Part shown: in pieces, positions 1-10,909 of the stretch
How the letters are laid out: the number at the start of each line of letters is the position of its first letter
Position numbering within the stretch: the first letter of the stretch is position 1
NCBI GenBank assembly: GCA_963717465.1
Contig: OY970340.1
Location: forward strand, 1,152,001 to 1,216,000
Direction of reading: 5' to 3'
DNA from: Candidatus Bathyarchaeota archaeon
GTDB lineage: Archaea > Thermoproteota > Bathyarchaeia > Bathyarchaeales > Bathycorpusculaceae
Length of the DNA stretch: 64,000 nucleotides
Translations under genes and position numbers: made by a program
The notes under the pieces: generated by a model
What the model saw: only the letters and a program-made list of their open reading frames with translations
Told to the model about the DNA's origin: nothing
Databases searched by the model: none

Positions 1-216
1 TTAAAACAGATAGTAGAAAACGGCTATATTAGATGGTGTGTGGAAAAGGGTGTTCCAGAGGAAAAACTCCAAGACAGCAGACGCTTCTGGACTTTTATAG
101 AGTGGGTTGCTGAAAAACCTCACTTGAGAGAGAGCCTTGTGAAGACTGGTTGGGCAAGTTGGGAAAATAAGTGGCGAGAAGAAATATTCAAGAAACCGTT
201 AAACTTACGTGACTAA
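1..216 (+). CDS. 3' end of a hypothetical protein (truncated by window edge)
   Basis: Frame 1 is open from base 1 (LKQIVENGYIRW...KPLNLRD) to TAA at 214-216. Confidence 0.6.
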   Translation, partial: LKQIVENGYIRWCVEKGVPEEKLQDSRRFWTFIEWVAEKPHLRESLVKTGWASWENKWREEIFKKPLNLRD

Positions 217-563
217 ACTATTCATTTACTAAAAGTGCGCACATACATCTTTTCCGATGGTCAAAAGTCTTAAATCGGCAAAAGAAATAGGCTCAGAAAA
301 GATGAGAATTTATGGTGTAAGTCTCTTTGGTTCGTGTAAAGAACGGTTTATAGCGCGCTAGAAAACTCTTGAAGCATTAAAAGGAACAATTTAAGATATT
401 GAGGGCTAAAAAGAATAATTGATTAATCTCTATCAAAGCAAATTTTAACTGAATGTCCAATGTGCGTGGAAAATTTGAGTAATAAGTTTCAAACCAGACA
501 ATATATTTTTGAAAAATCCATAGGTTATAATTATAGGTTGCATTCTTAATCTCTTAGTTCTAA

Positions 564-989
564 GTGTTGATTGACATGGACTTTAAGTTGCATATCATTA
601 AGCGAGAAGACATTTTGGATTATTCTCAAAGGAATCGCATTTGCTTTGCGGTAATTGATATGCGCAAGTCTAAGAGTTATCCTTCAAATTTTGTTTGCAT
701 GTTGCCAATGGAAGTTCGAAAAGGCAAGAGTGAGAATGGTTTTGGAAGAGTTTTTGGTGAAAATAGTGTTGAACAGGCAAAGCTTTTGTTAACTGATGCT
801 TTAAAAACAGTTGATGATTCTGAGGTTAGAGTTGAGATAGAGCGAAGACTAAGACTGCTTGAGTCCAAACAGGTTAATCAAATAAAGTGCAGTGGTTGTG
901 GAAAGTTATTTCAGCCCAAGCGTTTAAGAAGGTTCAAGAACAATTTTTGTGAAGAATGCATGAAGAAGAGGTTGGCACGGCGAGATTAA
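564..989 (+). CDS. Hypothetical protein with C-terminal Zn-ribbon
   Basis: 141-aa ORF with CSGC...CEEC pair at the C-terminus. Confidence 0.7.
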   Translation: MLIDMDFKLHIIKREDILDYSQRNRICFAVIDMRKSKSYPSNFVCMLPMEVRKGKSENGFGRVFGENSVEQAKLLLTDALKTVDDSEVRVEIERRLRLLESKQVNQIKCSGCGKLFQPKRLRRFKNNFCEECMKKRLARRD

Positions 990-1144
990 AGACTCCTCAC
1001 GCGCGCTCAGTTTCCTCTTATGAAACATTCAGCCATTTATGAATTCTGTCACGTGCGTTAACAAATCTTATACAGGCACTCTACTTTTTGGCTAAGCGCT
1101 ATAGCTATAATTGAGTCGTTAAGCAAGCTTCCATTTAGAAGCTA

Positions 1145-2143
1145 TTAGTATTGAAGCTCTTTGTTAACCTGATTTATCGCTGGTTTGCCCTCAGACACTC
1201 GTAGAATATTTTCCACAGCAAGTTGCAATTCAGCATTCATGCCTGCATCTGTAAGGGCTATGTTGTGAGGTGTGGCGATAACATTCGCTAACTTCCAAAA
1301 CTCATATGGTTGAGTTTGACTAGATTCTGCCGATGGGTTCCACCAAGGTTCAGACCACCAGACATCAAGCCCAGCACCAGCAATCCATCCTTCTTTTAAA
1401 GCTCTGTAAAGCGGCTCTTCCTGAATGATTTGACCGCGGCCAACGTTCACAATATATGCTGTATGCTTCATTAAGTGGAGTTCACGCTCACCAATCATTC
1501 CACGCGTCTCAGGCGTCAAAGGTGCAGTAATTACCAAAAAATCAGACTCCCCAAGAACATAGTCAAGGTCACGGGGTCCGCCTAGGAAGTCAGGGATAAA
1601 CTTAAGTCCCGAGGTGTCTTTCGGGTCTCGCTTTGTTGCATAAATCTTCATTTCAAAAGCTTTGAGGAGGCAAGCCACTTCCATTCCTACGTGTCCAATG
1701 CCTATAATGCCAGCATTTTTTCCTCGCAGTTCAACTCCCATTCTGGTTGTGTCGTCTCCTTGCGGGAAAAGGTCGTGTCGACGAACAATGTGCTTGGCTA
1801 GGGCCAAAACAAGAGCAACTGCTCCCTCAGCTAAAGGCGTTGGGTTAGCACCTGACGTATTTGCAACAGCAACCTCCTCTCTCAAAACATCGAAGGGTAT
1901 ACCATCGACGCCAGCCCCAATCTTTTGAACAAGTTTAAGCTTCTTAGCCGCCAAAGCTACTTTCTCAGAAAGAGTAACACAGATTATGATATCGACATCA
2001 GCAGCAAGCTGCACCAGTTCTTCCTCGGTTCCCTCCGTAGGAACGATTACTTGAACATCATCAGGAAACATACCTTTGAAACTCGAAAACATAGACATAG
2101 ACTGAGACAAAAGAATCCAAGGAAAAGCAAGCAAAACCTTCAT
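1145..2143 (-). CDS. D-isomer-specific 2-hydroxyacid dehydrogenase
   Basis: GAGVD, GIIGIGHVG Rossmann motif, PLTPETRGMI, VNVGRG, GAGLDVW and TPHN motifs; start placed at ATG 2143 (MKVLLAF). Confidence 0.92.
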   Translation of the reverse strand: MKVLLAFPWILLSQSMSMFSSFKGMFPDDVQVIVPTEGTEEELVQLAADVDIIICVTLSEKVALAAKKLKLVQKIGAGVDGIPFDVLREEVAVANTSGANPTPLAEGAVALVLALAKHIVRRHDLFPQGDDTTRMGVELRGKNAGIIGIGHVGMEVACLLKAFEMKIYATKRDPKDTSGLKFIPDFLGGPRDLDYVLGESDFLVITAPLTPETRGMIGERELHLMKHTAYIVNVGRGQIIQEEPLYRALKEGWIAGAGLDVWWSEPWWNPSAESSQTQPYEFWKLANVIATPHNIALTDAGMNAELQLAVENILRVSEGKPAINQVNKELQY

Positions 2144-2557
2144 GAAAATCACTAAAGAAAATGAAAAATACCCATTTAATAAAGTTAATGCCATTTTACG
2201 CAAATCTTTAACTGATTCAACTGAGGGCAAACAGCGACTCACTCCGAGGAACCGCTAATGCGGTAGTCAGCTTGAACCTATTTGGCACACGCTGGCTTAT
2301 CCCTTTAACGATTAAAAACTCTATAAGTCTGATTTTGCTCATTAGAGCCTAAAATGGGCTTCTTTGATAACCAGTTTTTAGCCGCGCTAAGAGAGGATTG
2401 AACACAGAAACTTCACTACACTTCTTAACTAAACTGGCTTCAGCCATAACACCTAGGAACAATCAGCGTCTTGGGCAAAGATCTAACTTAGCTTACAATT
2501 TGTAGAAAGTTATGCAAATCCGCAATAAATGGGAATAGTGGCTGTGCTTTTACTTTG

Positions 2558-4472
2558 TTAGGTTTCTTGAGTCTTAGGAGCAGTTGAGTTCAGCTTAATA
2601 ACGTAATTCGTGTTATTCTTCACTGAAACGGCTGCTGGTACTGACGGATTGTATCCTGTGGCGCTGGCTATGATTGAGTAATCGCCTTTTTTCACGTTGC
2701 TAAAAACAGCTTCTCCCTTGCTTCCAGTAGTACCTGCCAAAGATTTCGGACCACTAACTGAAACCGTTGCTCCTGAAATCGGCGAGAGCGTTTCCGCATC
2801 TTGCGCCGTCACCGTAAGCTTGCGGCCGCGTCTGAACAATAGAAGGAATAGTAAAAGTAACGCTATGATAGCGATGACGACTACAACTATGGCCCAGTCG
2901 AGTGGACTGAAAACAAATGCTGCTGTACCTGCCGGCGACAAAGTTGGAGTGGGCGTTGGCGATACTGTAGGAGTTGGAGTGGGCGTTGGCGATACTGTAG
3001 GAGTTGGAGTGGGCGTTGGCGATGTTGAAGCTGCATTCATTGTAATAGTAGCAGTGTTGGATTGAGCTGAAGTCGTACTTGAATTGTCAGTAACCGTTGC
3101 GGTAATCAAGTAAGTACCTGCGGAGGCAGGAGAATAATTAAATGTTGACGCAGTCTGTTCATTTTGAAGAGTCCCATTCACATACCATTGATAACTTGTG
3201 TAATTGCCTGAGCCGCCGCTGGGAGTAGCATTGAACAGTTGAGACTGGCCAGCATCCAAAGTAACCGATGTAGGCGAAATAGACACTGCGGGAGCTGAAG
3301 AAGTTGAAGAAGTACCCAAAGCATAAACGTTACCCTCGGCGTCTTCATAGACTACGCCGCCGTCAACAGCAGGAGACGAATAAAATCCAATGCCCTCCGC
3401 AGTGTAATCCCAGAGGTAGCTACCGCTAGGTAGCGTTCAAAGCAAGTAAGCCTTCTTGGAGTGGGGCTGTATCGCCTATGTAGACTACGCCGCCGTCAAC
3501 AGCAGGAGAAGACTCCACTTCAGTGGTTGTGTTGTAGTTCCATATTTGGGTGCCTGTGGTGGCGTTGAAAGCGTAAATGTAATCATTATTGTTGCCTGTG
3601 TAGACTACGTTGTTGGCAACAGCAGGAGAATCCCAAAAAGAACTGCAAATGGCGCTGGTGTAGTTCCATATTTGGGTGCCTGTGGTGGCGTTCAAAGCAT
3701 AAAAGACGTCATTATCGTTGCCTATGTATACTACGCCGTTGGCAACAGCAGGAGACGACTCAAAAAAGTTATCGCTGGTGTCACCGCCGGTGATGGAGTA
3801 ATTCCAGATCTTGGCGCCGTTTGTAACGTTTAAAGCATAAACGTCACTAGTTGGTATCCCATCGGAGCCTACGTAGACTATGCCATCAACAACAGCAGGA
3901 GACGAATGAGCAAAACCCTCTTGTGCACCCCCAGACACAATGCAGGTGTAGTTCCAGAGTTGGGCGCCGGTGGCAGCGTTCAAAGCATAAAAGACGCCAG
4001 TAGCACCGCCTACGTATACTACGTTGTTGGCAACAGCAGGAGAAGAATACTGAGAGTTAATAGTTAAATTCCAGAGTTGGGTGCCTGTGGTGGCGTTCAA
4101 AGCATAAAAGAGGTCGTACGCATCGTCCATGTAGACTACGCCGTTGGCAACAGCAGGAGACGACGAAATCCCTCCGATGGTAGTGTAATTCCAGAGTTGG
4201 ATGCCGCTTGTAGCGTTCAAAGCCAACATGGATTTACTCACGCATGCGTAGACTACGCCGTTGGCAACAGCAGGAGAACTATACCCGCCCGAAGAGACTA
4301 AGGGAACACTCCAAAGTAGCGTGGGAGTAAGCACTGGATTACCTGTGCCGACGCCATCGTGAGATAGATCCCCGCGCCACATTATCCAGTCTGCGTTCGT
4401 TAACGGAATCAAAACTAAGCTGAAAACAAAAAATGTGCAAACCAATGCTGCTAAAACACGTAACCCCTTCAT
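2558..4472 (-). CDS. Membrane-anchored PQQ-like beta-propeller surface protein with Ig-like domain, PT linker, TM helix and carboxypeptidase-regulatory-like domain (one frameshift near 3430)
   Basis: Signal peptide and repeated SSPAVANGVVY...YALNATTG.Q.WNY blades. Removing one base near 3430 joins ORF 3426-4472 to ORF 2558-3319 via LNATSGSYLWDYT...VYALGTS. Confidence 0.85.
2943..3023. repeat. 30-bp tandem repeat (~2.7 copies) encoding the Pro/Thr linker
   Basis: GTTGGAGTGGGCGTTGGCGATACTGTAGGA repeated; encodes SPTPTPTPTV units on the minus strand. Confidence 0.9.
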
Positions 4473-5207
4473 TTGAATAAAACCTTTTAGCCCTTTTGGG
4501 GCTTAAGAACTATTAAAGACTTTGCTATCGTTTTCTAACTTGTTTTAACGGCTAAACAGTAGACCAAAACTTGGGTGGCGCGTCGCCTTGTCCCGATAAT
4601 GCCTAACGCGCAAAAAAGCTGCAACTGCTTTTTAAGTTTGAATTTATAAAATGCAAAAGTCGCATTTTGGGCGCTCGCGCGGCTTTTTCAGGCAAAGGGT
4701 TTATCGTTAATTCTAACAGACCTGCAAAAAGAGCAGAAGCAGTAGCTCTTCTAAACTCGCGCATGCCCCTTTAGGTTTTTTTGAGCAGCTTTGCCATCTG
4801 CATTGACTTGGGTAGACGAGAACGGTCCAGTATTAATTTTTTTTCTTATTCCATCTGCGGTTACCAGGTGGTCCTATAAGAAAATAAAGTATTAACATAA
4901 GAGCAATGGTTACAACGATAATTATCACAGCTGTTACTTCAGTCGTTACTCTCACCTCCATTTTTAGTGTCTAAGTCTAAATGCTTCCACTTAGTGCAGC
5001 GTAATTTTTTTCGGTGTTTATTACTTCAACCTGGAACTTTTTTGGCAATGACGAAAAGGTGATTATTTAACGACTTTTTCGCTATCCACTTCTATGGCGG
5101 TGTATTTTAGAAGAGGGGTCACATTAACAATAATGGTATTTTTTTTAGTCTCTCCTATTTCAAACTTGGCTTTTGTCATTTTTTTGAACCTCCCTCTTCT
5201 AACTTCG

Positions 5208-5951
5208 CTACTTCCACTTTGTTAGTATTTCCTCCCTTCGGAAAGTTGTTGTGCTAACATAGAACAGCGCTACATCAACTGCTAAAAGTATACCTGAGAT
5301 TATAAGCAGGCTGTTTACGTCAAGAGTTATTATGCTTGTCTCACTGGCAAGGTATATGCCCAAGAGTGGAAAGAGGATAAAAATTCCAAAACTGCTAGCG
5401 CTGCGCACATCATTAACTCGCGATGAAACAATGACGCTGAACAAAATACTCATAACAATAGCGACCGGCATCAGAACTAGGAGCAAAGTGGCGATATTCC
5501 AGTTTGGAAAATAATAGTAGCCAAGCGTATGGAAAGTAACTCCATCAATGCCTACCATGAAGACTGCTGCAGCCGCATACATTGCTACTAAAGTTGGAAT
5601 AACTGCGGAAATGGCTTTTCCAAGCAAAATCTCTCCATCAGTAAGGGGCGTGGCTAGAAGCGGTTCCAGACTCTTCTCCACTTTCTCCCCCACTATACTG
5701 TAGGAGGCAATCCCTAAGGGAACATATGCTGCTCCTATGACTAAGAAGAAGGAAAAGGAGTTAAGCAAATTCGGAAGCACACTCGGCGCTGCGAGTCCGT
5801 GGCTCCCCCTTACTGCTAAATACTCCAGTATCACCGGAAACAGAACCGAGATAACTACTGGGAAAATAATAATTGAGTACCAGACGTTTTTTACTCGCCT
5901 AAATATTTTGAAGTCCTTTGCTGCTACAATCCACGCCTTAGAGAGTCTCAT
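5208..5951 (-). CDS. ABC-2 type transporter permease
   Basis: About six TM helices and SIVGEKVEKSLEPLLATPL...EILLGK motif; directly downstream of the ATPase. Confidence 0.9.
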   Translation of the reverse strand: MRLSKAWIVAAKDFKIFRRVKNVWYSIIIFPVVISVLFPVILEYLAVRGSHGLAAPSVLPNLLNSFSFFLVIGAAYVPLGIASYSIVGEKVEKSLEPLLATPLTDGEILLGKAISAVIPTLVAMYAAAAVFMVGIDGVTFHTLGYYYFPNWNIATLLLVLMPVAIVMSILFSVIVSSRVNDVRSASSFGIFILFPLLGIYLASETSIITLDVNSLLIISGILLAVDVALFYVSTTTFRREEILTKWK

Positions 5952-5953
5952 GT

Positions 5954-6872
5954 TTATTTCCTCACAAGTTTTAGATAGGTATCTTCCAAAGTTGAGCCCA
6001 CAACATTGATTGATTTGACATGACCGCCCGACAGCACTATAGCCTCTATAACAGGTGAATTTTCCTTGTCTGGGTTTTCCACGTCAAATGTTATCGTGTC
6101 GCCGCCGCTGGACAAATTCTTGAGCGGCAGTTTTTTCAGTGCCGCCAAAACGGCATCGTTCACTTGCTGTTCCAATCCGATAACTGTCTTCTTACCGCTA
6201 ACGGACCTTTCAAGTTCCTGCGGAGTACCAATTGCCCTAAGACTCGTATTCATTATTGCTACCCTGTCGCAGATTCTCTGCGCCTCGTCGAGGTTGTGAG
6301 TGTTCAGGAAGATTGTCTTCTTCTCTTTTTTTAGTTGAAGAATGAAATCTCGGACTGTTTTCGCAGCCTCAGGATCTAGATTTGCAGTAGGCTCGTCCAT
6401 GAAAAGGACTTGTGGGTCATGGATTAGGGCGCGGGCTATGGCGAGTTTTTGTTTCATGCCCTTGGAAAAGGTCCCTGCTAAATCGTTTCTCTTATCCCAA
6501 AGTCCTAACATTTCAAGAAAACGCTTATTGTTCTCTTTTCTTTGTGCATCCGAGCAGTCGTATATTTTTCCGTAAAAATCTATGTTGTCGTAGGCGGTCA
6601 GATTTTCAGATAACCCAACGTTATCAGGAACTAATCCGATGATTTTGCGGATTTTAATTGAGTCTTCCTTTTTTCCTATGTCATAGCCGCCTATGTTTGC
6701 GTTCCCACTAGTTTTTGATATTAGGCAGCAAAGCATTCTGATAGTTGTGGTTTTTCCTGCGCCATTCGGGTCCGAGAAAACCGAAAACTTCGCCATCGTT
6801 AACATGTAGCGTAAGGTTGTCAACGGCTGTAAGGTTGCCGAATTTTTTTGTCAGGTTTTCGGTATCGATCAA
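5954..6872 (-). CDS. ABC transporter ATP-binding protein (frameshift in Walker A near 6768)
   Basis: [12 protein letters not shown]...[12 protein letters not shown] is split between two frames; FSKGMKQK signature, FMDEP Walker B and NTH H-loop. Confidence 0.9.
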
Positions 6873-7147
6873 CAAGAACCGCCAGTTATTAGCTCTCAAT
6901 CAGTGACTGATATATTTAAAACGCGCGCTCAAAACACCGGGTGAAAGACAAAGCGGTGTCACCGACTTGCTTCAACATTTAATATCGGGACAAGGCAACC
7001 GCGCTTTCTATGTCGTCGAGGTTTAGACCACGCAAAACGGAGCAAGAACCATTATTCTTCTCCATAATAGACTGACCAAACGATCAAGGACAAATTTGTT
7101 AACAAGAAAGTGTTAATCAAAATAATTTAGCAACGAACTGGAGCACC

Positions 7148-7745
7148 TTCAAAATAGTCCACTTCAAAAAACCTTGAAAAAAAGCAATCCTAAACCTGCA
7201 GAAAACTAATTAGTAACTAATTAGCAGCCGACAAATGACCCCAAACCCTTCCTTTAACTATGCAAAAAGTTCAAACAACACCACCCCTGACCATAAAAAA
7301 GTTCAAAACACACAACCCCTCAAAACCAAAACCAAAACACTTTAGCAAAAAGAAGCCCAAACCAACCCTTTTCAAACCAAAAAAATTCCCAAAATTGAAC
7401 AAAAAAGTTCAAAATTCCACTTCCACCACACCAAACCATGAACAACCACCAACCAAAAACAACAACCAACCACACAAACAACAACCCAAAAACCCACAGC
7501 GCCATTCAGCCTAAACCTAATTAACGGCGCGCACGTCTTTACCGTTCTTGCATCTAGAAGTACTAGTCGGTTTAGCCGTTGCACTGTTACGTTTTGCTTT
7601 GCACCTTAAGTTGCCTCCTCACTCACTTGATAAACCCCAAAACAACCTCATCAGACTGCTCCAAAACCAACTTTTGAAAATTCAAAGCACCCCAAAGCTT
7701 AGCATCAATCTCAAGATCTAGTGGACCGGTGGGGATCTGAACCCC
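7148..7745. repeat. Copy A of a ~0.6-kb diverged direct repeat ending in a tRNA-Ala 3'-end att copy
   Basis: Aligns along its length with 20596-21167 and ends in TAGTGGACCGGTGGGGATCTGAACCCC (7719-7745). Confidence 0.95.
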
Positions 7746-7979
7746 CGAGCAAAGTGGAGATGTCACCTGCAAATCCGTTTTTTATCCTTCAAGTGGAATA
7801 ATGCTCCGCACATCACAGCAACAATGCCAATATTGTGGTGGTAGAGCGCCCATGGCATTTCTGAAAATGAATTTTAAGAGTTCGTCCGTCACTACTTATG
7901 TATGTTGCTGAAGTGGTGTCTTTGTCCACCCTTTAGCTAAATAGAGTCCAGAAGTTATTTGCAATACCGTTTTAGTGGT

Positions 7980-8108
7980 TTATTGTTTCTTTCCCTTTGG
8001 GGGAAGTTGCTGTCTCGCCTGCTTCTTCTTTGCTTCTTTTTCGCGTTCCATTTTTTTCTGTTGTTCTATTTGAGTATTTTTTTGTTTACGTTTAGCTACA
8101 CTCGGCAT
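7980..8108 (-). CDS. Small basic protein (42 aa)
   Basis: MPSVAKRKQKNTQIEQQKKMEREKEAKKKQARQQLPPKGKKQ preceded by a GTGAT RBS-like motif; below the ORF-track cutoff. Confidence 0.4.
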   Translation of the reverse strand: MPSVAKRKQKNTQIEQQKKMEREKEAKKKQARQQLPPKGKKQ

Positions 8109-8594
8109 AAATATCACTTACAAATTAACGATAAACATGCAAACTAAAACACATTTCCTTTTCATTAATTGAGGAAGCCAATGAAGCCAATAATTATCAA
8201 AACTAACTTGTATTCCTTTCATTTTTACTAAAGAAGCCAAAACGTTACAATGTCAAAAAAAGAAACAAAGTTTAGAAATGTTCTATCTCGGGCTTAAGAA
8301 GTCTGTGTTTTGCTCTGTTTCTCCTTTTTTTCTTTCTTTTCTCGTCTCGCTCTTTTTTAGTCAATGATTAATCTTTTTTTGGCATTTTTGCTCCCAAAAA
8401 TATAGTGTGCCTAACACTGCCTCAATAATTTTCAAAGAATCGCGGAATTCTATTTGCGAACTTGCCAACGATAGCCACAATCATGAAGTAACTGATGCCA
8501 AAATAGAACAAAAAGAGAAATAATGAATAGGAAAAATCACGGAAGTATTAAGTAAAATGCACTCAAAAAACAACTTACATGACCGTGTTTATTT

Positions 8595-8619
8595 TAGTGG
8601 ACCGGTGGGGATTTGAACC
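8595..8619. repeat. att-site copy (3' end of tRNA-Ala)
   Basis: TAGTGGACCGGTGGGGATTTGAACC is identical to 21141-21165. Confidence 0.95.
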
Positions 8620-8877
8620 GTGTTCAGACTGCGTGAAAAGTCTCTTTTTGTGCTCTTAGTTACCATTAAGCTTAAAGCTAGCTTCAGGACAACTGAAAAG
8701 CCATGAGCGAACATGTAAACGGAACACACAGTTGATGAGTTTGATGAAAGCGTAAAAAACGGAGAAGACGCAGAGAAAGATAGAAGACAATGGCTTAGAT
8801 TACAGAGGCTCTTGCAATTTAGCTCTGGGTTTTGACACGGTCTGTGTTGAGTTCAAACCACAAGCCTAACCCACGCG

Positions 8878-10077
8878 CATAAGTGGTCATTAATTCTTTT
8901 TCAACCGATTTCTGAAAAATAGGCATAGAATTTAATCGAATAAGCTTTTAGAGGTGAGAGCGTAAAGGGATAGCTGAACGAGCCTCAAAGGAGGTGATAA
9001 AACCGATTTGGACGGTTATCAACGCCTTCCCCTTGGCACTCTCAAACTTCTATTTTCCACCATCGATATAAGTATAGCCGTAAGGCAAGTCGAGGCCCAG
9101 TACGTTAACTCCAAAAAAGGCAGACCCCACTATCCGGTTCGCTCCATGCTCCTTGCTTTGATGTTCATGTGTTTTGAAGCCGTACCAAGCGTGAGGAAGC
9201 TCTGCAGAAAACTCGAGAGAAGACATTACGCCAGGGAAATTTGCGAGTTTCAAGGCGACCAAGCGCCCAAACACAACACGTTTAGCCTCTTTATCAGCCG
9301 TGCAGGCCCAGAGACCATCGAAGGCCTATTCACAGAGCTCAGGGATCAAGCCTTCACCATGAACATAGTAGACAAGGACGAATGTGTGAAGGTTAGTTTG
9401 GACAGCACTTTCATGAAGGCGAATTCACGGCGTGGACGGAAAGGAGGCAAAGGTGATCGCGGCGCAAGGGTTGGCAAGATTGACCGCAGAAACTACGATG
9501 TCGGCTGGAGAGCCCATGCATCCACATCCATGTCGGCTTTGCCGTTAACATACGTTGTTAGGTCAGCAAATGTTAACGATAAAAAATCAGTTGAACCTTT
9601 GCTTAGGCAATCGTGCAGTTTGCTTAGTCGTTTTGGAAAGCGTGTCAGTCATGTCATTGCAGACAGGCAGTATTATTCAGCCGAGGTCTTTGCTGCAGTC
9701 TGGAAGCGAAAAGCGGAACCAATCATTCCTCATCCGTCTGGCGTTAAGGAGGCGTTGATTGATTTGTGGTTAACGAAACGTTTTAAGGTTAAGGGTGATG
9801 CGAGGTTGGTTGAGCTTTACAGGTTGAGGATGTCTGTTGAGAGAAGTTTTAGGGCTGGGAAGCTTGAGTTGATGATGGAGAATGTGGGTTGGAGGGGAAT
9901 GGCTAAAGTGCGGATGCATGTGGGAATCTGTTTTGCATGCGTTTATGCTGTAGCTATCTTGGCTCATAGTATAGGCAGACCGGAATTAGCAAATTGCATA
10001 GCAGCCTTTACTTACTAAATTTCAAAGAAGGCGTTGTTTGCAAAATTAAGCCCAAAATGAATTAATGACCAATTATG
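8878..10077 (+). mobile_element. Insertion sequence (IS5/IS1182-like), 1.2 kb
   Basis: Terminal inverted repeats CATAAGTGGTCATTAATTCTTTT / CATAATTGGTCATTAATTCATTT (21 of 23 match); flanked on both sides by CGCG (8874-8877, 10078-10081), a possible target-site duplication. Confidence 0.88.
9008..10018 (+). CDS. DDE transposase (DUF772-like N-terminus plus DDE_Tnp_1-like core)
   Basis: GRPHYP...SVRKL N-terminus; SLDST, IADRQY and RMSVERSF catalytic motifs; GGAGGTG RBS. Confidence 0.92.
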   Translation: MDGYQRLPLGTLKLLFSTIDISIAVRQVEAQYVNSKKGRPHYPVRSMLLALMFMCFEAVPSVRKLCRKLERRHYAREICEFQGDQAPKHNTFSLFISRAGPETIEGLFTELRDQAFTMNIVDKDECVKVSLDSTFMKANSRRGRKGGKGDRGARVGKIDRRNYDVGWRAHASTSMSALPLTYVVRSANVNDKKSVEPLLRQSCSLLSRFGKRVSHVIADRQYYSAEVFAAVWKRKAEPIIPHPSGVKEALIDLWLTKRFKVKGDARLVELYRLRMSVERSFRAGKLELMMENVGWRGMAKVRMHVGICFACVYAVAILAHSIGRPELANCIAAFTY

Positions 10078-10296
10078 CGCGCATGTGGTCAGCTGAAGCG
10101 TCTCCTGGAACAAAATATCAAAGCCGTTGGCGAATCAAGCCCCGGCAGGATGGAACAACTACAAAAAAGCCTTAACGAAGGCAACTTTAGCGAAACCTTG
10201 GTACATTGTCTTCCAGTTCAGCGTTGTTATCTTTATTGGGTTAATCCTGCCCATAAAACAATGGAGACAAGTTAAGACTTCCTTAAAGGATAAAAA

Positions 10297-10663
10297 ATGG
10301 CGTTAAACAGTAATGTTGAGTGGTGTTTGATAATTCGCAAGCATTATATCAAGCTCATTCTCGAAAAAAAGAAGACTTGGGATGCTCAGGACCCAAGGAC
10401 TCTTCGAGATAGGGTAAAGGATTGCGTTAGGAAACACGAAAACTAAGTTAATCGAAGGATATGCAACAGTTTCAGATGTGAAGAAAATGTCTGTTGCTAA
10501 AATGAAAAAGAATAACGACAAGCACTTTGCAAACGATTTTATAGATAATCATTGGAAAAATAGAAAATGGCTGTATGCTTTTGTTCTTTCAGAGGTTGAG
10601 CGCAATCCGAAAAAAGAACACTATCCGTCTTCACATGGTAATCCAAAAGTTCGCTTGCCGTAA
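10297..10663 (+). pseudogene. ASCH-domain protein, disrupted
   Basis: MALNSNVEWCLIIRKHYIKLILEKKKTW, then after a 1-nt shift ELRTQGLFEIG*RIALGNTKTKLIEGYATVSDV...YAFVLSEV. This matches the ASCH K-x-x-E-x-R pattern and carries one frameshift plus one in-frame TAA. Confidence 0.7.
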
Positions 10664-10909
10664 AGGATATCTCTCAAGTTTTTTTGAACCTGGCTTAAGT
10701 CTTATTGTTGGATCTAAATGATTGGCAAACATGTCAGGTGGTGTGACTAATGACAAAAATAGATTACTAAATCTGAGAAATTGAGGTGCTCCTATTTACC
10801 TATGTTTACATATCTCTAACCGAATGACTACAAAGAATTTTAATTAGAATAGACAATTGTTACTAAACTTAAATACAGTTCATGCATTACAAAATTACAG
10901 GGTACGATT

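Larger units (their letters stand above)
4578..7004. repeat. ~23-bp inverted repeat pair flanking the ABC transporter genes
   Basis: GCGCGTCGCCTTGTCCCGATAAT (4578-4600) versus AATATCGGGACAAGGCAACCGCGC (6981-7004); 14-bp perfect core GCCTTGTCCCGATA. Confidence 0.6.

Noticed and set aside
3330..4290. CRISPR array or diversity-generating retroelement repeats
   Set aside because: The ~120-bp repeats are in-frame beta-propeller blades of a coding gene; there are no cas or reverse transcriptase genes and no repeat-spacer structure.
7260..7584. ORFs within the 0.6-kb repeat (also 20682-21118)
   Set aside because: Low-complexity translations caused by strand skew; frames and stops differ between the two copies.
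7625..7640. Hammerhead ribozyme (CUGAUGA on the minus strand near 7648-7654 and the adjacent sequence)
   Set aside because: No properly placed GAAA or stems could be formed.
7719..7745. Additional tRNA genes at 7.7 kb and 8.6 kb
   Set aside because: Only the 3' ~25 nt are present; these are att duplications.
8595..8660. SSV1-type split integrase overlapping the att sites
   Set aside because: The VDRWGFEP frame is closed by stops within a few codons at the att copies, so no int(N) or int(C) ORF is present.
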